Position numbers and translations under genes: made by a program
From: Candidatus Latescibacterota bacterium
GTDB taxonomy: Bacteria > Latescibacterota > UBA2968 > UBA8231
DNA: 64,000 nt
Direction of reading: 5' to 3'
Assembly (NCBI GenBank): GCA_965204725.1
Contig: OZ242005.1
Coordinates: 5,152,001 to 5,216,000, forward strand
Notes under the pieces: model-generated
Seen by the model: the letters and a program-made list of their open reading frames with translations, nothing else
Databases searched by the model: none
Told to the model about the DNA's origin: nothing
Shown here: in pieces, positions 20,372 to 29,751 of the stretch
How the letters are laid out: each line of letters opens with the position of its first letter
Numbering within the stretch: the first letter of the stretch is position 1

Positions 20372-23300
20372 ATGCCTAAGTTCGCGGTGAGGTGGATGGC
20401 CCTCGGCTGGGTTTTGGCCAGCGCGGCCCCGGCTTGGACCGAGGTCGATTTCGCCGAATTGGCGCATACGACTCCGGTCGAGCGCGTACAGCAGACGATG
20501 GACACTTTTGCTGGCTTGGGGTCTAGAGTGGCTGGCTATCGAGGCGCCGATCAAGCAGCCCAGATCGTGCAGGAGCGCTTCCGCGCAATCGGCCTCGACG
20601 ACATTGCAGTCCACGAATACGATGTGTCGATTCCCGTCGATAAGGGCGGGTTTCTGCAAGTCGTTGGCAGCGACGAACAAGTGCCCATTCACGGCCTCTG
20701 GCCCAACCTCGTCAAGACCTCGACGTTGCCCGAGGGTGGGGTGACCCAGCGCTTGATCGACGCCGGCGCCGGCGAGTACGCAGACATGGACGGCCAACAA
20801 GTCGAAGGGGCCGTGGCCCTGATGGACTTCAACTCGGATGACGCTTGGCTCAATGCCGCGTACCTCGGGGCGCAGGCCATCCTCTTTATCGAGCCGGATT
20901 CCACCGTGTACTTGGAGGGCGAAAAGAAGTTCCTGACCATGCCGCTCGACCTGCCGAGGTTTTGGGTCAATCGCCAAGCTGGTCAGCGCTTGCGCCGCCA
21001 GTTGGCCACCGAGGGCGAGCAAACTCTGCACCTAGAGTACCGCATGGATTGGGAGCGGCGTCCCGCTTGGAACATTCTCGGCTCGATCCCCGGGTACGAT
21101 CCCCTAATGAAAGAGGACGTCATCGTGCTGGAGGCGTACTACGACGCCATGTCGGTCGTGCCGGCCCTCGCCCCGGGTGCCGAGCAGGCCTCCAGCATTA
21201 CGGCGCTGTTGGAACTAGCGCGCTATTTCCGCGCCAACCCGCCGGCGCGCACAATCGTCTTTCTCGCCACCTCGGCCCACCACTTGGGCTTGCGCGGGGT
21301 CGATGATTTCATTCAGCGCTATTTGCGTAAAGAAGATCCCTTTATCGAACACATGCTGGTCAGGCGGGTCGTCGATGCGGCCCTCGCCCAGGACCTGATC
21401 GCCCAAGACGGCATTCACTACGCCATCGGCGAGGACCAATTCACCGGCAAGGAAGCCCTCGTGCGGGGCGTTGCCGAAGGGCGCACCGACTTGGCCGTGC
21501 GCGTTGCCGACGCCGCTCTCGCCGAAGGGCTGCTGGCCCAAGCGGAAGCCACTCCGAGCAGTTCAAGCTGGTGGAAAAAAACAATAGCATGGCTCAGGGG
21601 GCTGCTGAGCCGCGAAGAAGGCGTCCTGCACCTTGCCGACAAGCAATTCAAAGACCGCCGCGAACTGATCGCTCAGCTCGACGCGGACGATGACTTGCGC
21701 TTGGCCCTGTACAAGCGCTGGGCCGATCCCAAAATCGATTCGCTCGCGGTCAAGCTCTTTATCAGCCTCGACCTTTCGTCCCAGACCGACGAGCTCGGGG
21801 TGTGGAACAGCAATACCAGCTTTTACTACAAGCGCTACTTCGCGCCCTTCGGCAAGAACTTTATGGGATATGCGCGCACGATCAGCCGCGAGTTGGGCTA
21901 CCAGCAGCGCGACGTGCTGGTCAATGGCATCAGCCCCGAAGGCGGCATGAGTTGGCAGACCTTTGTACCCGGCGAAATATCGGTCAACAGCGAATTGGTG
22001 TTGGCCACCGGTACGCCGGCGTTGGCCTTTGTCACGGTCAACGACGCCCGCTTCCTCGTCGATACGCCCTTAGACCGCGCCGAGCGCGTCAACCACGCCA
22101 ATCTCGCCAAACAGATCCGAGTCCTCGCCGGCATGTTCGAGATGGCCTTTGAAGACCCCGAGCTTTTCCCAGACTTCAAGATGCGCCTGCGCGACAATCT
22201 GCGCTCGCTCCGCGGCCGCACCATGGTCTTTCCGCGCCGCAGCATCATCCCCGACCTGCCGCGCGCCGACGCCGTGGCCGTGGTGCGCAACGGCAAGAAA
22301 AAGTCGTATAAGGGTGTGCGCGGCGAGTACTATGAAGTCGTCGACGACAAGGGGGCCTTTTTCGTAAATCGGGTGCGGGTCAACAACGTCCAGATCGAGG
22401 GCTACTACATGGACCCGATCACCGGCCGCATCACCTACGCTCCAGACCGCGGCGTGCAAGGCGACGAGAGCTACCCCATGAAGGTCGCCATGGACTGGCG
22501 CGACAAGCAGTGGATGGTCATCCTCTTCCCCTGTGTGCCCTACAACTTCTTCGACATCGTCGATCCGCGCTATCTCACCAAGCTGTCCAACGTGGAGGTC
22601 TTCGACGAGACGAACAGCGCCCCAGTAGAATACGGTTATACCATTGGCGAAGGCCCCTCGGCCCAAAACGAGCCGGTCGGCGTGCTCTTTGCGCGGCCCG
22701 GCTCGCGCATCAAGATGGGATTCGGGGCCGGCCTGCTGGGGTTCCGCTCGCTCCTGCTCAACGCCACCAGCGTAACCGACAAGGAAAAGGCCGAGGGCGA
22801 GGGCTTTGAGATCCGCCCCGGGACTTCCTTTGCCCGCACGACCTTCCAAGCCGCCCAAGACATGTGGAACCTCGACGAGTCGCGGATGCGCGAGCTGCGG
22901 AGCTTTGCCATTGAAAACCAGCGCCTCAACGACCTTCACTATCGGGCCGAGACCGAGTTGGACCAAGCGGCCGCGGCCGGCACCGAGCAGCGCTGGGGCG
23001 ATTTTGTGCGCCACACCCGTGCGGCCTTCGGCTTAGAGTCGCGCGCCTACCCCGACGTCAAATCCACCCAAAACGACGTCATTCAGGGCATCATCTTCTT
23101 CATGGCCCTCGTCATTCCCTGCGCCTTTTTTACCGAGCGGCTCCTGTTTACGGCCGCCACCATTCGCAACCAGATCATCGGGTTTGTCGGGGTTTTTATC
23201 GCGATTTGGAGCGTGTTGTGGATGGTGCATCCGGCCTTTCAGTTGTCCAACCCCTTCGTCATTCTGCTCGCTTTCGTCATCATCGCGCTGGCCGTCCTCG

Positions 23301-25195
23301 TGATGTCGATCATCTCCGGCCGCTTCAACGAGCAGATGAAGAAGCTGCGCACCGAGGTGGCCGTGATCCACGACACGGATGTCAGCCGCTCTTCGGCCTC
23401 GCTCACGGCTTTTCAGCTTGGGATTTCCAATATGAAGCGGCGCAAGACGCGCACGGTCCTCACCTTTACCACGCTCTTGCTGCTGACCTTTACGGTCCTC
23501 TCCTTCACCTCCATCCGCACCGGCCTGCGGTTCAATCAAATCAGCCGCGACAACGAGGGCCTCTACGAGGGCATCCTAATCCGCAGCAAGGCGTGGAATC
23601 CCATGGAGGATTCCGTCCTCGAATACGCGCGCAGCAATTTCGGCGATCGGGCTGCGGTCGCGCCGCGCAGTTGGTACAGCAATAAGGCCAAAGCGCACAT
23701 CAAGATAAAACACGGAGAAAACGCCCATAACGCCCTCGGCGTCTTGGGCCTGACCCCGGAGGAAACCGAGGTCACCGGGCTGGACCAAGCCCTCGTCGCC
23801 GGGCGGTGGTTTGCGCCGGGCGAGGACAAGGTCTGCATCCTGCCCATCGACATGGTCAAGGAGGCCCATCTCGACGTCGATCTGGCCGATGTCGGCCAAG
23901 CGCAGGTCCGCATCTTCGGCGACTTGTTCACGGTGGTTGGCGTCCTCGACTCCAAGCGGATGAAGGACCTCAAAGACCTCGACGACGAAATCCTGACGCC
24001 GGCTGACTTTGCCGTCACCGGCGGCCAAGCCGTGCAGGAAATCGCCGAGGAGGAAAAGCGCGAGAAGCAGGGCTTGGAGGACGCCAAAGTCGTCATCAAG
24101 CCCTTTGTCCATCTGGAGCCAGCCAACATCCTCATCGTGCCCTACCACACGCTGCGCAACGTCGGCAGCGGCAACCCCTTACAGTCTGTGGCCGTGCGCT
24201 TTCCCGCCGGCAGCGACGTGCGCGGTGAGGTCGAGGAATTTCTCTCGCGCCTCGCGGTGACCCTGTTTGCTGGCATCAAGGAGCCGGGCGACGAATACAT
24301 CAAGGTGGCGATTTACTCTTCGCTGGGGCTGACCTCCTTTTCCGGGATGAGCAACTTGTTCATCCCCATGCTGATCGCTTCGCTCATCGTGCTCAATACC
24401 ATGATGGGCAGCGTGTACGAGCGCTTCCGCGAGATTGGCATCTACTCTTCAGTCGGCCTCGCGCCCGGCCATATCTCTTGGCTGTTTATCGCCGAGAGTT
24501 GCGTCTATTCGGTATTGGGCGTCGTCGCTGGTTATCTCAGCGGCCAAGTAATCGCCAAGGTGCTCATTGAGTCCGACCTGCTCGGAGGCTTCACGCTCAA
24601 CTACTCTTCTGTGGCTGCGGTGCTGTCCTGTATGCTGGTGATGGCCGTGGTCATGCTCTCGACGATTTATCCCGCCCGCAAGGCTTCGCAAATGGCCGTG
24701 CCGGACGTGACCCGCAAGTGGAAGCTGCCGCCGCCCGATGGCGACCAGTGGGATTTCGAGTTCCCCTTTACGGTGAGCGGCCACGAAGTCTTGGGCTTGA
24801 GCGTATTCCTCATCGGCTACTTCGATTCCTACAGCGAAGAGTCCATCGGCACCTTCTACACCGACGGTGCTCAGCTGCGCCGCGAAGAGACGCCCAACGG
24901 CGAAGGGTATCTCATCGACATGAATATCTGGCTGGCTCCGTTCGACTTGGGCGTCAGCCAACACGTCACCGTGCGGGCCATGCCCGAGGACGAGCACAAC
25001 ATCTACTCCGTCGGCCTGCAAATCAAGCGACTCAGCGGCGAGGATGCCTCGTGGCGTCGGGTCAACCAACGCTTTATGAACGTCATCCGCAAACAGTTCC
25101 TTATCTGGCGCACGGTGGATGCCGAGGCCAAGGAGAGCTACCGCCAACAGGGCGCGGAAATTCTGCAAGGGCTGCGTAGCGAAGTGTCGGCGTAG
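20372..25195 (+). CDS. Large secreted/membrane protein: PA domain + M28-like domain + FtsX-like permease
   Basis: Signal peptide; LEAYYDAMSVVPALAPGAEQAS..RTIVFLATSAHH; SNMKRRKTRT; NTMMGSVYERFREIGIYSSVGL (FtsX/MacB). Confidence 0.8.
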   Translation: MPKFAVRWMALGWVLASAAPAWTEVDFAELAHTTPVERVQQTMDTFAGLGSRVAGYRGADQAAQIVQERFRAIGLDDIAVHEYDVSIPVDKGGFLQVVGSDEQVPIHGLWPNLVKTSTLPEGGVTQRLIDAGAGEYADMDGQQVEGAVALMDFNSDDAWLNAAYLGAQAILFIEPDSTVYLEGEKKFLTMPLDLPRFWVNRQAGQRLRRQLATEGEQTLHLEYRMDWERRPAWNILGSIPGYDPLMKEDVIVLEAYYDAMSVVPALAPGAEQASSITALLELARYFRANPPARTIVFLATSAHHLGLRGVDDFIQRYLRKEDPFIEHMLVRRVVDAALAQDLIAQDGIHYAIGEDQFTGKEALVRGVAEGRTDLAVRVADAALAEGLLAQAEATPSSSSWWKKTIAWLRGLLSREEGVLHLADKQFKDRRELIAQLDADDDLRLALYKRWADPKIDSLAVKLFISLDLSSQTDELGVWNSNTSFYYKRYFAPFGKNFMGYARTISRELGYQQRDVLVNGISPEGGMSWQTFVPGEISVNSELVLATGTPALAFVTVNDARFLVDTPLDRAERVNHANLAKQIRVLAGMFEMAFEDPELFPDFKMRLRDNLRSLRGRTMVFPRRSIIPDLPRADAVAVVRNGKKKSYKGVRGEYYEVVDDKGAFFVNRVRVNNVQIEGYYMDPITGRITYAPDRGVQGDESYPMKVAMDWRDKQWMVILFPCVPYNFFDIVDPRYLTKLSNVEVFDETNSAPVEYGYTIGEGPSAQNEPVGVLFARPGSRIKMGFGAGLLGFRSLLLNATSVTDKEKAEGEGFEIRPGTSFARTTFQAAQDMWNLDESRMRELRSFAIENQRLNDLHYRAETELDQAAAAGTEQRWGDFVRHTRAAFGLESRAYPDVKSTQNDVIQGIIFFMALVIPCAFFTERLLFTAATIRNQIIGFVGVFIAIWSVLWMVHPAFQLSNPFVILLAFVIIALAVLVMSIISGRFNEQMKKLRTEVAVIHDTDVSRSSASLTAFQLGISNMKRRKTRTVLTFTTLLLLTFTVLSFTSIRTGLRFNQISRDNEGLYEGILIRSKAWNPMEDSVLEYARSNFGDRAAVAPRSWYSNKAKAHIKIKHGENAHNALGVLGLTPEETEVTGLDQALVAGRWFAPGEDKVCILPIDMVKEAHLDVDLADVGQAQVRIFGDLFTVVGVLDSKRMKDLKDLDDEILTPADFAVTGGQAVQEIAEEEKREKQGLEDAKVVIKPFVHLEPANILIVPYHTLRNVGSGNPLQSVAVRFPAGSDVRGEVEEFLSRLAVTLFAGIKEPGDEYIKVAIYSSLGLTSFSGMSNLFIPMLIASLIVLNTMMGSVYERFREIGIYSSVGLAPGHISWLFIAESCVYSVLGVVAGYLSGQVIAKVLIESDLLGGFTLNYSSVAAVLSCMLVMAVVMLSTIYPARKASQMAVPDVTRKWKLPPPDGDQWDFEFPFTVSGHEVLGLSVFLIGYFDSYSEESIGTFYTDGAQLRREETPNGEGYLIDMNIWLAPFDLGVSQHVTVRAMPEDEHNIYSVGLQIKRLSGEDASWRRVNQRFMNVIRKQFLIWRTVDAEAKESYRQQGAEILQGLRSEVSA

Positions 25196-25210
25196 GTGCG
25201 GTCTAAGAGG

Positions 25211-25265
25211 CGTCATTCCCGCGAACGGACGTCACCCCGTGCCCCGACACGGGGCGGGAATCCAG
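25211..25265. repeat. REP-like palindrome with a nested second palindrome
   Basis: CGTCATTCCCGC...GCGGGAATCCAG enclosing GTCACCCCGTG-CCCCGA-CACGGGG. Confidence 0.65.
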
Positions 25266-25565
25266 CCGGTATCGTTTAGACTCAAAGGACGCCCACCAGA
25301 GTTTGCAGACCGCTTCTAAGTAGAAGTTTCCCGTCTCGACCGGCGGCTCGGCGGTAGCGGGTTTGCCTATTCTTTCCAGATCAACGACCAGATGACAGCC
25401 GTCGTGTGGTTCGTTCTGCTCCTTCTTTTTTACTCAAACATAACAAGCGTACCGAGGGGGATGTGGGCGCGTCGTCGGAGGCGTATCGGCCGGTTCGGGG
25501 GATGAGGATTGGCAACTGCGGGCAACGGCTCGCTACCTGCTCTTAGGGAGCGTGGAGGACACAAA

Positions 25566-26408
25566 ATGTGGACGTATCGAGTGGGCATCATTGCGTTGTT
25601 CGTCCTATTGCGGATGGGCGATGCGGATGCGGATGCGGAGCCAGCAGAAATCACGATTCACATCCGTGGACAGTACAAGGCGGAGATTTCGGCTCTGTTG
25701 TTGGCGGCTGATGGGGGGACGACGAGGACTGGGATCGCCGAGTTGGATTCCCTTGCTGCCACATACCGCCTGATGGGGATAGATCATAAGTCTGGCTTTT
25801 ATGGGTATCGGTTTCGGCTGACGTTTCCACCGGGTGCGGATGGGGCCGCCATGGCCGGAGCCTATAGGAACCTATCCTATATACAATCGGTTGAATCGGT
25901 TAGCTCCTTGACGGTGAACGAGAGACACCGCCCTTTCCTTTTGTTTGACATAGAAGACAGGGGACTCCGGTTGCTCGCAAAGGTGGGTGCTGGGACTGTT
26001 TCGGGGCTCGCTCTTACAGCCTTGTCCATACCTTTTCAGGACGGGATAGTTGAGCCATCTGGCGACCCTGACACTGACGCTTGGAGAGGATTAGAATTTC
26101 TTTTAATTGGCACAGCCATCGGCTGTAGTGTCGGATTCCCGTTGGGTGTGAGCTTAGTCGATCCTTATGATTCTTTACCCAAGACTCTACTCGCCGGTGT
26201 TATACCGGGAGCGGTCGGCTTTTCCACCTTGTTACTAAATCAAGAGGCCGCGGGCATAGCGTTCTTGTCTATGTACGTCGTCCCTGTTATTAGTTCACCT
26301 ATTATGTCTGAACTATCGCGCCAGCCTCCTCAAGCCCGCCGCGTCTCCTTCGCTTTATCCCCCACCCTCAACGGCGGCCTCTCCGCCGTAGCCCAACTTC
26401 GCTTTTGA
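25566..26408 (+). CDS. Array paralogue 1 (signal, propeptide-like domain, type A C-module)
   Basis: EITIHIRG..TGIAELDSLAATY..YRFRLTFPPGAD..YIQSV; ends GGLSAVAQLRF. Confidence 0.75.
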   Translation: MWTYRVGIIALFVLLRMGDADADAEPAEITIHIRGQYKAEISALLLAADGGTTRTGIAELDSLAATYRLMGIDHKSGFYGYRFRLTFPPGADGAAMAGAYRNLSYIQSVESVSSLTVNERHRPFLLFDIEDRGLRLLAKVGAGTVSGLALTALSIPFQDGIVEPSGDPDTDAWRGLEFLLIGTAIGCSVGFPLGVSLVDPYDSLPKTLLAGVIPGAVGFSTLLLNQEAAGIAFLSMYVVPVISSPIMSELSRQPPQARRVSFALSPTLNGGLSAVAQLRF

Positions 26409-26435
26409 CCTTGCAACAAGAGAAAGGCTCGCCTC

Positions 26436-27296
26436 ATGTCCCCTATGATCGCTGTACTTACCCTGTTCGCCGCTTTCATGGCAGCGGAGGCCGATGCGAG
26501 AACAGAGCCAGCAGAAATCACGATTCACATTCGCGGCGAGCACAAAGCGGTGATTTCGGCTCTGTTGGCGGCAGTTGACGAGGGGACGACGAGGACCGGG
26601 ATCGCCGAATTGGATTCCCTTGCTGCCACCTACGGCCTGATGGGGATAGAGCGCAAAGGTAGGTCTAGTTTTTATGGGTATCGTTTTCGGCTGACGTTTT
26701 CGCCGGGTGCGGATGGGGCCGCCATTGCCGGAGCATATTGGACCTTAGCCTATATACAATCGGTCGAGCCGGATCCACCACCCGGAGCGAGAGCCCAGAA
26801 GCTGGTCCAGCCGACTCCTACTCTCGGTAATTCCCTAAATAATAGGGCTATTACGCGGATTCCCAAAAAGATAGGCGTAGGTGCGCTGACGACAGTCGGG
26901 GTAGGAATCGCATTATTGCCAGGGGCAGGGACAGCGGGAGATGATGGTATTGGTGCAGGACTTGCCGGGATTACATCACTATTTCTTGGATACCCTCTTG
27001 GCGTGTACTTGGCCGATAGGAAAGAGAGTTCATTCTGGCTGACATTCCTCGGTAGCGGTTTAGGATGGTGGGGGGGTGTTAAAATGTTAGATTCGCCAAA
27101 TTCTAGCACGTTATCAGAGTGGGCTGCTTTGATAACTATACTTGGGGCACCAGTGCTTGCATCGGAGCTATCGCGGAAGGACGCCGTAACAGGAGGCCCC
27201 AAGCGACCCAAGCAATCTCAAGACCTACGGTTTTCTCTCGGTTTGGTGCCGGAGTTCCAAGGAGGCTTGTCGGCTGTCGCCACGCTGCGCTTTTAA
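26436..27296 (+). CDS. Array paralogue 2 (type B C-module)
   Basis: Same N-domain; C-module GYPLGVY..SSFWLT..LGWWGG; ends GGLSAVATLRF. Confidence 0.78.
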   Translation: MSPMIAVLTLFAAFMAAEADARTEPAEITIHIRGEHKAVISALLAAVDEGTTRTGIAELDSLAATYGLMGIERKGRSSFYGYRFRLTFSPGADGAAIAGAYWTLAYIQSVEPDPPPGARAQKLVQPTPTLGNSLNNRAITRIPKKIGVGALTTVGVGIALLPGAGTAGDDGIGAGLAGITSLFLGYPLGVYLADRKESSFWLTFLGSGLGWWGGVKMLDSPNSSTLSEWAALITILGAPVLASELSRKDAVTGGPKRPKQSQDLRFSLGLVPEFQGGLSAVATLRF

Positions 27297-28294
27297 TCCC
27301 TCAATGACGGGAGGATACGCTTTATGCCGCTTATGATCGTTGCTACCCTGTTCGCCATACTCATGGTAGAGGAGGCCGAGGCAGAGACGAAGCCAGCAGA
27401 AATCACGATCCACATCCGTGGAGAGCACAAGGCGGTGATTTCGGCTCTGTTGGCGGCGGTTGACGAGGGGACGACGAGGACCGGGATCGCCGAGTTGGAT
27501 TCCTTGGCGGCCATCTATGGCCTGAGGGATATATCACAAGTCCCTTTTTTTAGGTATCGGTTTCGGCTGACGTTTCCGCCGGATGCGGATGGGGCCGCCA
27601 TGGCCGGAGCATATTGGAACTTAGCCTATATACAATCGGTCGAGCCGGATCCACCACCCGAGGCATGGGAGACATCCTCTCAAAGACCGGCAGGTCAAGA
27701 GACTACAAGTACGACGGCAGTGAAAAAACAAGGCTCTAGCTTTTTGAGAGGCTCTTTAAGAGTGGTAAAAAAGGTGGCCTCCGGTACGATAGTTGGGATC
27801 GTATTCTCTGGGATCGTACTCGGAGGGTCGAGATCTGCAGGGGGAGATTCTGGTATTGGTGCCGCGGCGGCCGGGTATGCCGCCTTCGGTCTCGGATACC
27901 CTATTGGCGTGTACGCAGTCGATGCGAGAGAGAGTTCGTTCTGGCTTACACTCATAGGTGGCGGTTTAGGATGGTGGGGGGCTGCTACATTATCAGAGCG
28001 GGCCGCTTGGGTGACTTTTTTTGGGGCACCAGTGCTTGCATCGGAGCTATCGCGGAAGGACGCCGTAACAGGAGGCCCCAAGCAACCCAAGCAATCTCAA
28101 GACCTACGGTTTTCTCTCGGTTTGGTGCCGGAGTTCCAAGGAGGCTTGTCGGCTGTCGCCACGCTGCGCTTTTAATCCCTCAATGACGGGAGGATACGCT
28201 TTATGCCGCTTATGATCGTTGCTACCCTGTTCGCCATACTCATGGTAAAGGAGGCCGATGCAGAGACGAAGCCAGCAGAAATCACGATCCACAT
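27142..28294 (+). repeat. Near-identical ~274-bp direct repeat (27142-27415 and 28021-28294)
   Basis: Covers gene 3' end, 27-nt spacer and next gene's 5' end; about 3 mismatches by eye; offset 879 bp. Confidence 0.85.
27324..28175 (+). CDS. Array paralogue 3 (type B C-module)
   Basis: Same architecture; tail nearly identical to paralogue 2. Confidence 0.78.
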   Translation: MPLMIVATLFAILMVEEAEAETKPAEITIHIRGEHKAVISALLAAVDEGTTRTGIAELDSLAAIYGLRDISQVPFFRYRFRLTFPPDADGAAMAGAYWNLAYIQSVEPDPPPEAWETSSQRPAGQETTSTTAVKKQGSSFLRGSLRVVKKVASGTIVGIVFSGIVLGGSRSAGGDSGIGAAAAGYAAFGLGYPIGVYAVDARESSFWLTLIGGGLGWWGAATLSERAAWVTFFGAPVLASELSRKDAVTGGPKQPKQSQDLRFSLGLVPEFQGGLSAVATLRF

Positions 28295-29033
28295 TCGCGG
28301 CGAACACAAAGCGGTGATTTCGGCTCTGTTGGCGGCTGTTGACGAGGAGACGACGAGGACCGGGATCGCCGAATTGGATTCTGTTGCTGCCACCTACGGC
28401 CTGATGGGGATAGATCGCAAGGGTCGATCCTCTGGCTTTTATGGGTATCGGTTTCAACTGACGTTTCCGCCGGATTCGGATAGGGCCGCCATTGCCGGAG
28501 CCTATTGGACCTTACCCTATATACAATCGACTGACCCGGAGCCACCCCCCGAGGCGCGAGCCCGGAAGATGCACCGTCCTTTTAACATAGAAAACAGGGG
28601 ACTACGGTTGCTCGCAAAGGTGGCCGCTGGAACTGGTTTGGGGATCGTTGTTACAGCCATGACCTTGGATATTCAGGCCGCGATACATGAGCCATCTGGC
28701 AACATTGACTTATTAAACTCTCTTGTAACGGGCACAGCCATCGGCTGGAGTGTCGGCTTCCCGTTGGGTGTGAGCTTAGTCGATCCTTATGATGCTTTAC
28801 CCAAGACTCTACTCGCCGGTGTTATACCGGGAGCGGTCGGCTTTTCCTACTTGTTACTAAATCAAGACAACGCGGGCATAGAAGCGTTCTTTTTTCTGTA
28901 CGTCGCCCCTTCTATTGGTTCATTGATCGTGTCAGAGAAGTCGCGCCAGCCTCCTCAAGCCCGTCGCGTCTCCTTCGCTTTATCCCCCACCCTCAACGGC
29001 GGCTTCTCCGCTGTAGCCCAACTTCGCTTTTGA
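28203..29033 (+). CDS. Array paralogue 4 (type A C-module)
   Basis: NIENRGLRLLAKVAAGT..FPLGVSLVDPYD; ends AVAQLRF. Confidence 0.78.
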   Translation: MPLMIVATLFAILMVKEADAETKPAEITIHIRGEHKAVISALLAAVDEETTRTGIAELDSVAATYGLMGIDRKGRSSGFYGYRFQLTFPPDSDRAAIAGAYWTLPYIQSTDPEPPPEARARKMHRPFNIENRGLRLLAKVAAGTGLGIVVTAMTLDIQAAIHEPSGNIDLLNSLVTGTAIGWSVGFPLGVSLVDPYDALPKTLLAGVIPGAVGFSYLLLNQDNAGIEAFFFLYVAPSIGSLIVSEKSRQPPQARRVSFALSPTLNGGFSAVAQLRF

Positions 29034-29075
29034 CCCTGCACTGAGAGAAAGGCTTGAAACAGAAAGGACTGTGAC

Positions 29076-29750
29076 ATGGGCTTTATTTTGCTGGTCTTAT
29101 GGCTACTGCTCGCCCTTTGGGAGCCGGTGGCGGCTCGGACGATTCGGGTATCAGAAAAGGAATCAGAACACGGGGAACTGGCCTTATATATGGCCCTGTT
29201 AGAGGCGGCTCCTCACGATACGCTGCTCGTCGCCGCCGGGTATTACGAAGGGGTTGGTATTGACAAACCCCTGACGCTCATTGGGGCCGGAGCCGATAGC
29301 ACAATAGTGGCAGGTCCCTATACGGCAATCGGGATAGGAGCCGAAGGGGTAACTATTGAAGGATTTTATGTACAGGGCTTTGGGAAATGCCGTCTGACGA
29401 GTGCTATTTATTGTAATAACTGTTCCGCAACGCTCAAGCACAACATTCTCGAAGGATGTTACTCGGTGATTACTACCGATGGTAATGCTCGACTAACCGT
29501 CAACTACAACCACCTAATAGCAGGAACCTTCGCCTTTGACATTTTCCCCTCGGACGATCCGAGTGCTATTGACGCTCGCTTCAACTGGTGGGAGACGACG
29601 GTTGAACAGGAGATACAGGCCAAGATATCCGCGACGATGGACGAGGTGGTGTATCGGCCTTGGCTGCAAGGTCCCGAGGAAATCTTCCGTGATCTTCCTA
29701 CCTTTATATCCCCGATCAGTTGGGGTCGGTTGAAACAGAAAGGACGATGA
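29076..29750 (+). CDS. Secreted pectin-lyase-like beta-helix protein
   Basis: Signal peptide; DTLLVAAGYYE..IDKPLTLIGAG; DARFNWW; C-terminal SWGRLK. Confidence 0.7.
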   Translation: MGFILLVLWLLLALWEPVAARTIRVSEKESEHGELALYMALLEAAPHDTLLVAAGYYEGVGIDKPLTLIGAGADSTIVAGPYTAIGIGAEGVTIEGFYVQGFGKCRLTSAIYCNNCSATLKHNILEGCYSVITTDGNARLTVNYNHLIAGTFAFDIFPSDDPSAIDARFNWWETTVEQEIQAKISATMDEVVYRPWLQGPEEIFRDLPTFISPISWGRLKQKGR

Positions 29751-29751
29751 C

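Noticed and set aside
25314-25330. CTAAGTAG as another transposon end bounding the array
   Set aside because: Only 7 of 12 bases match and I found no partner end or TSD near 34300.
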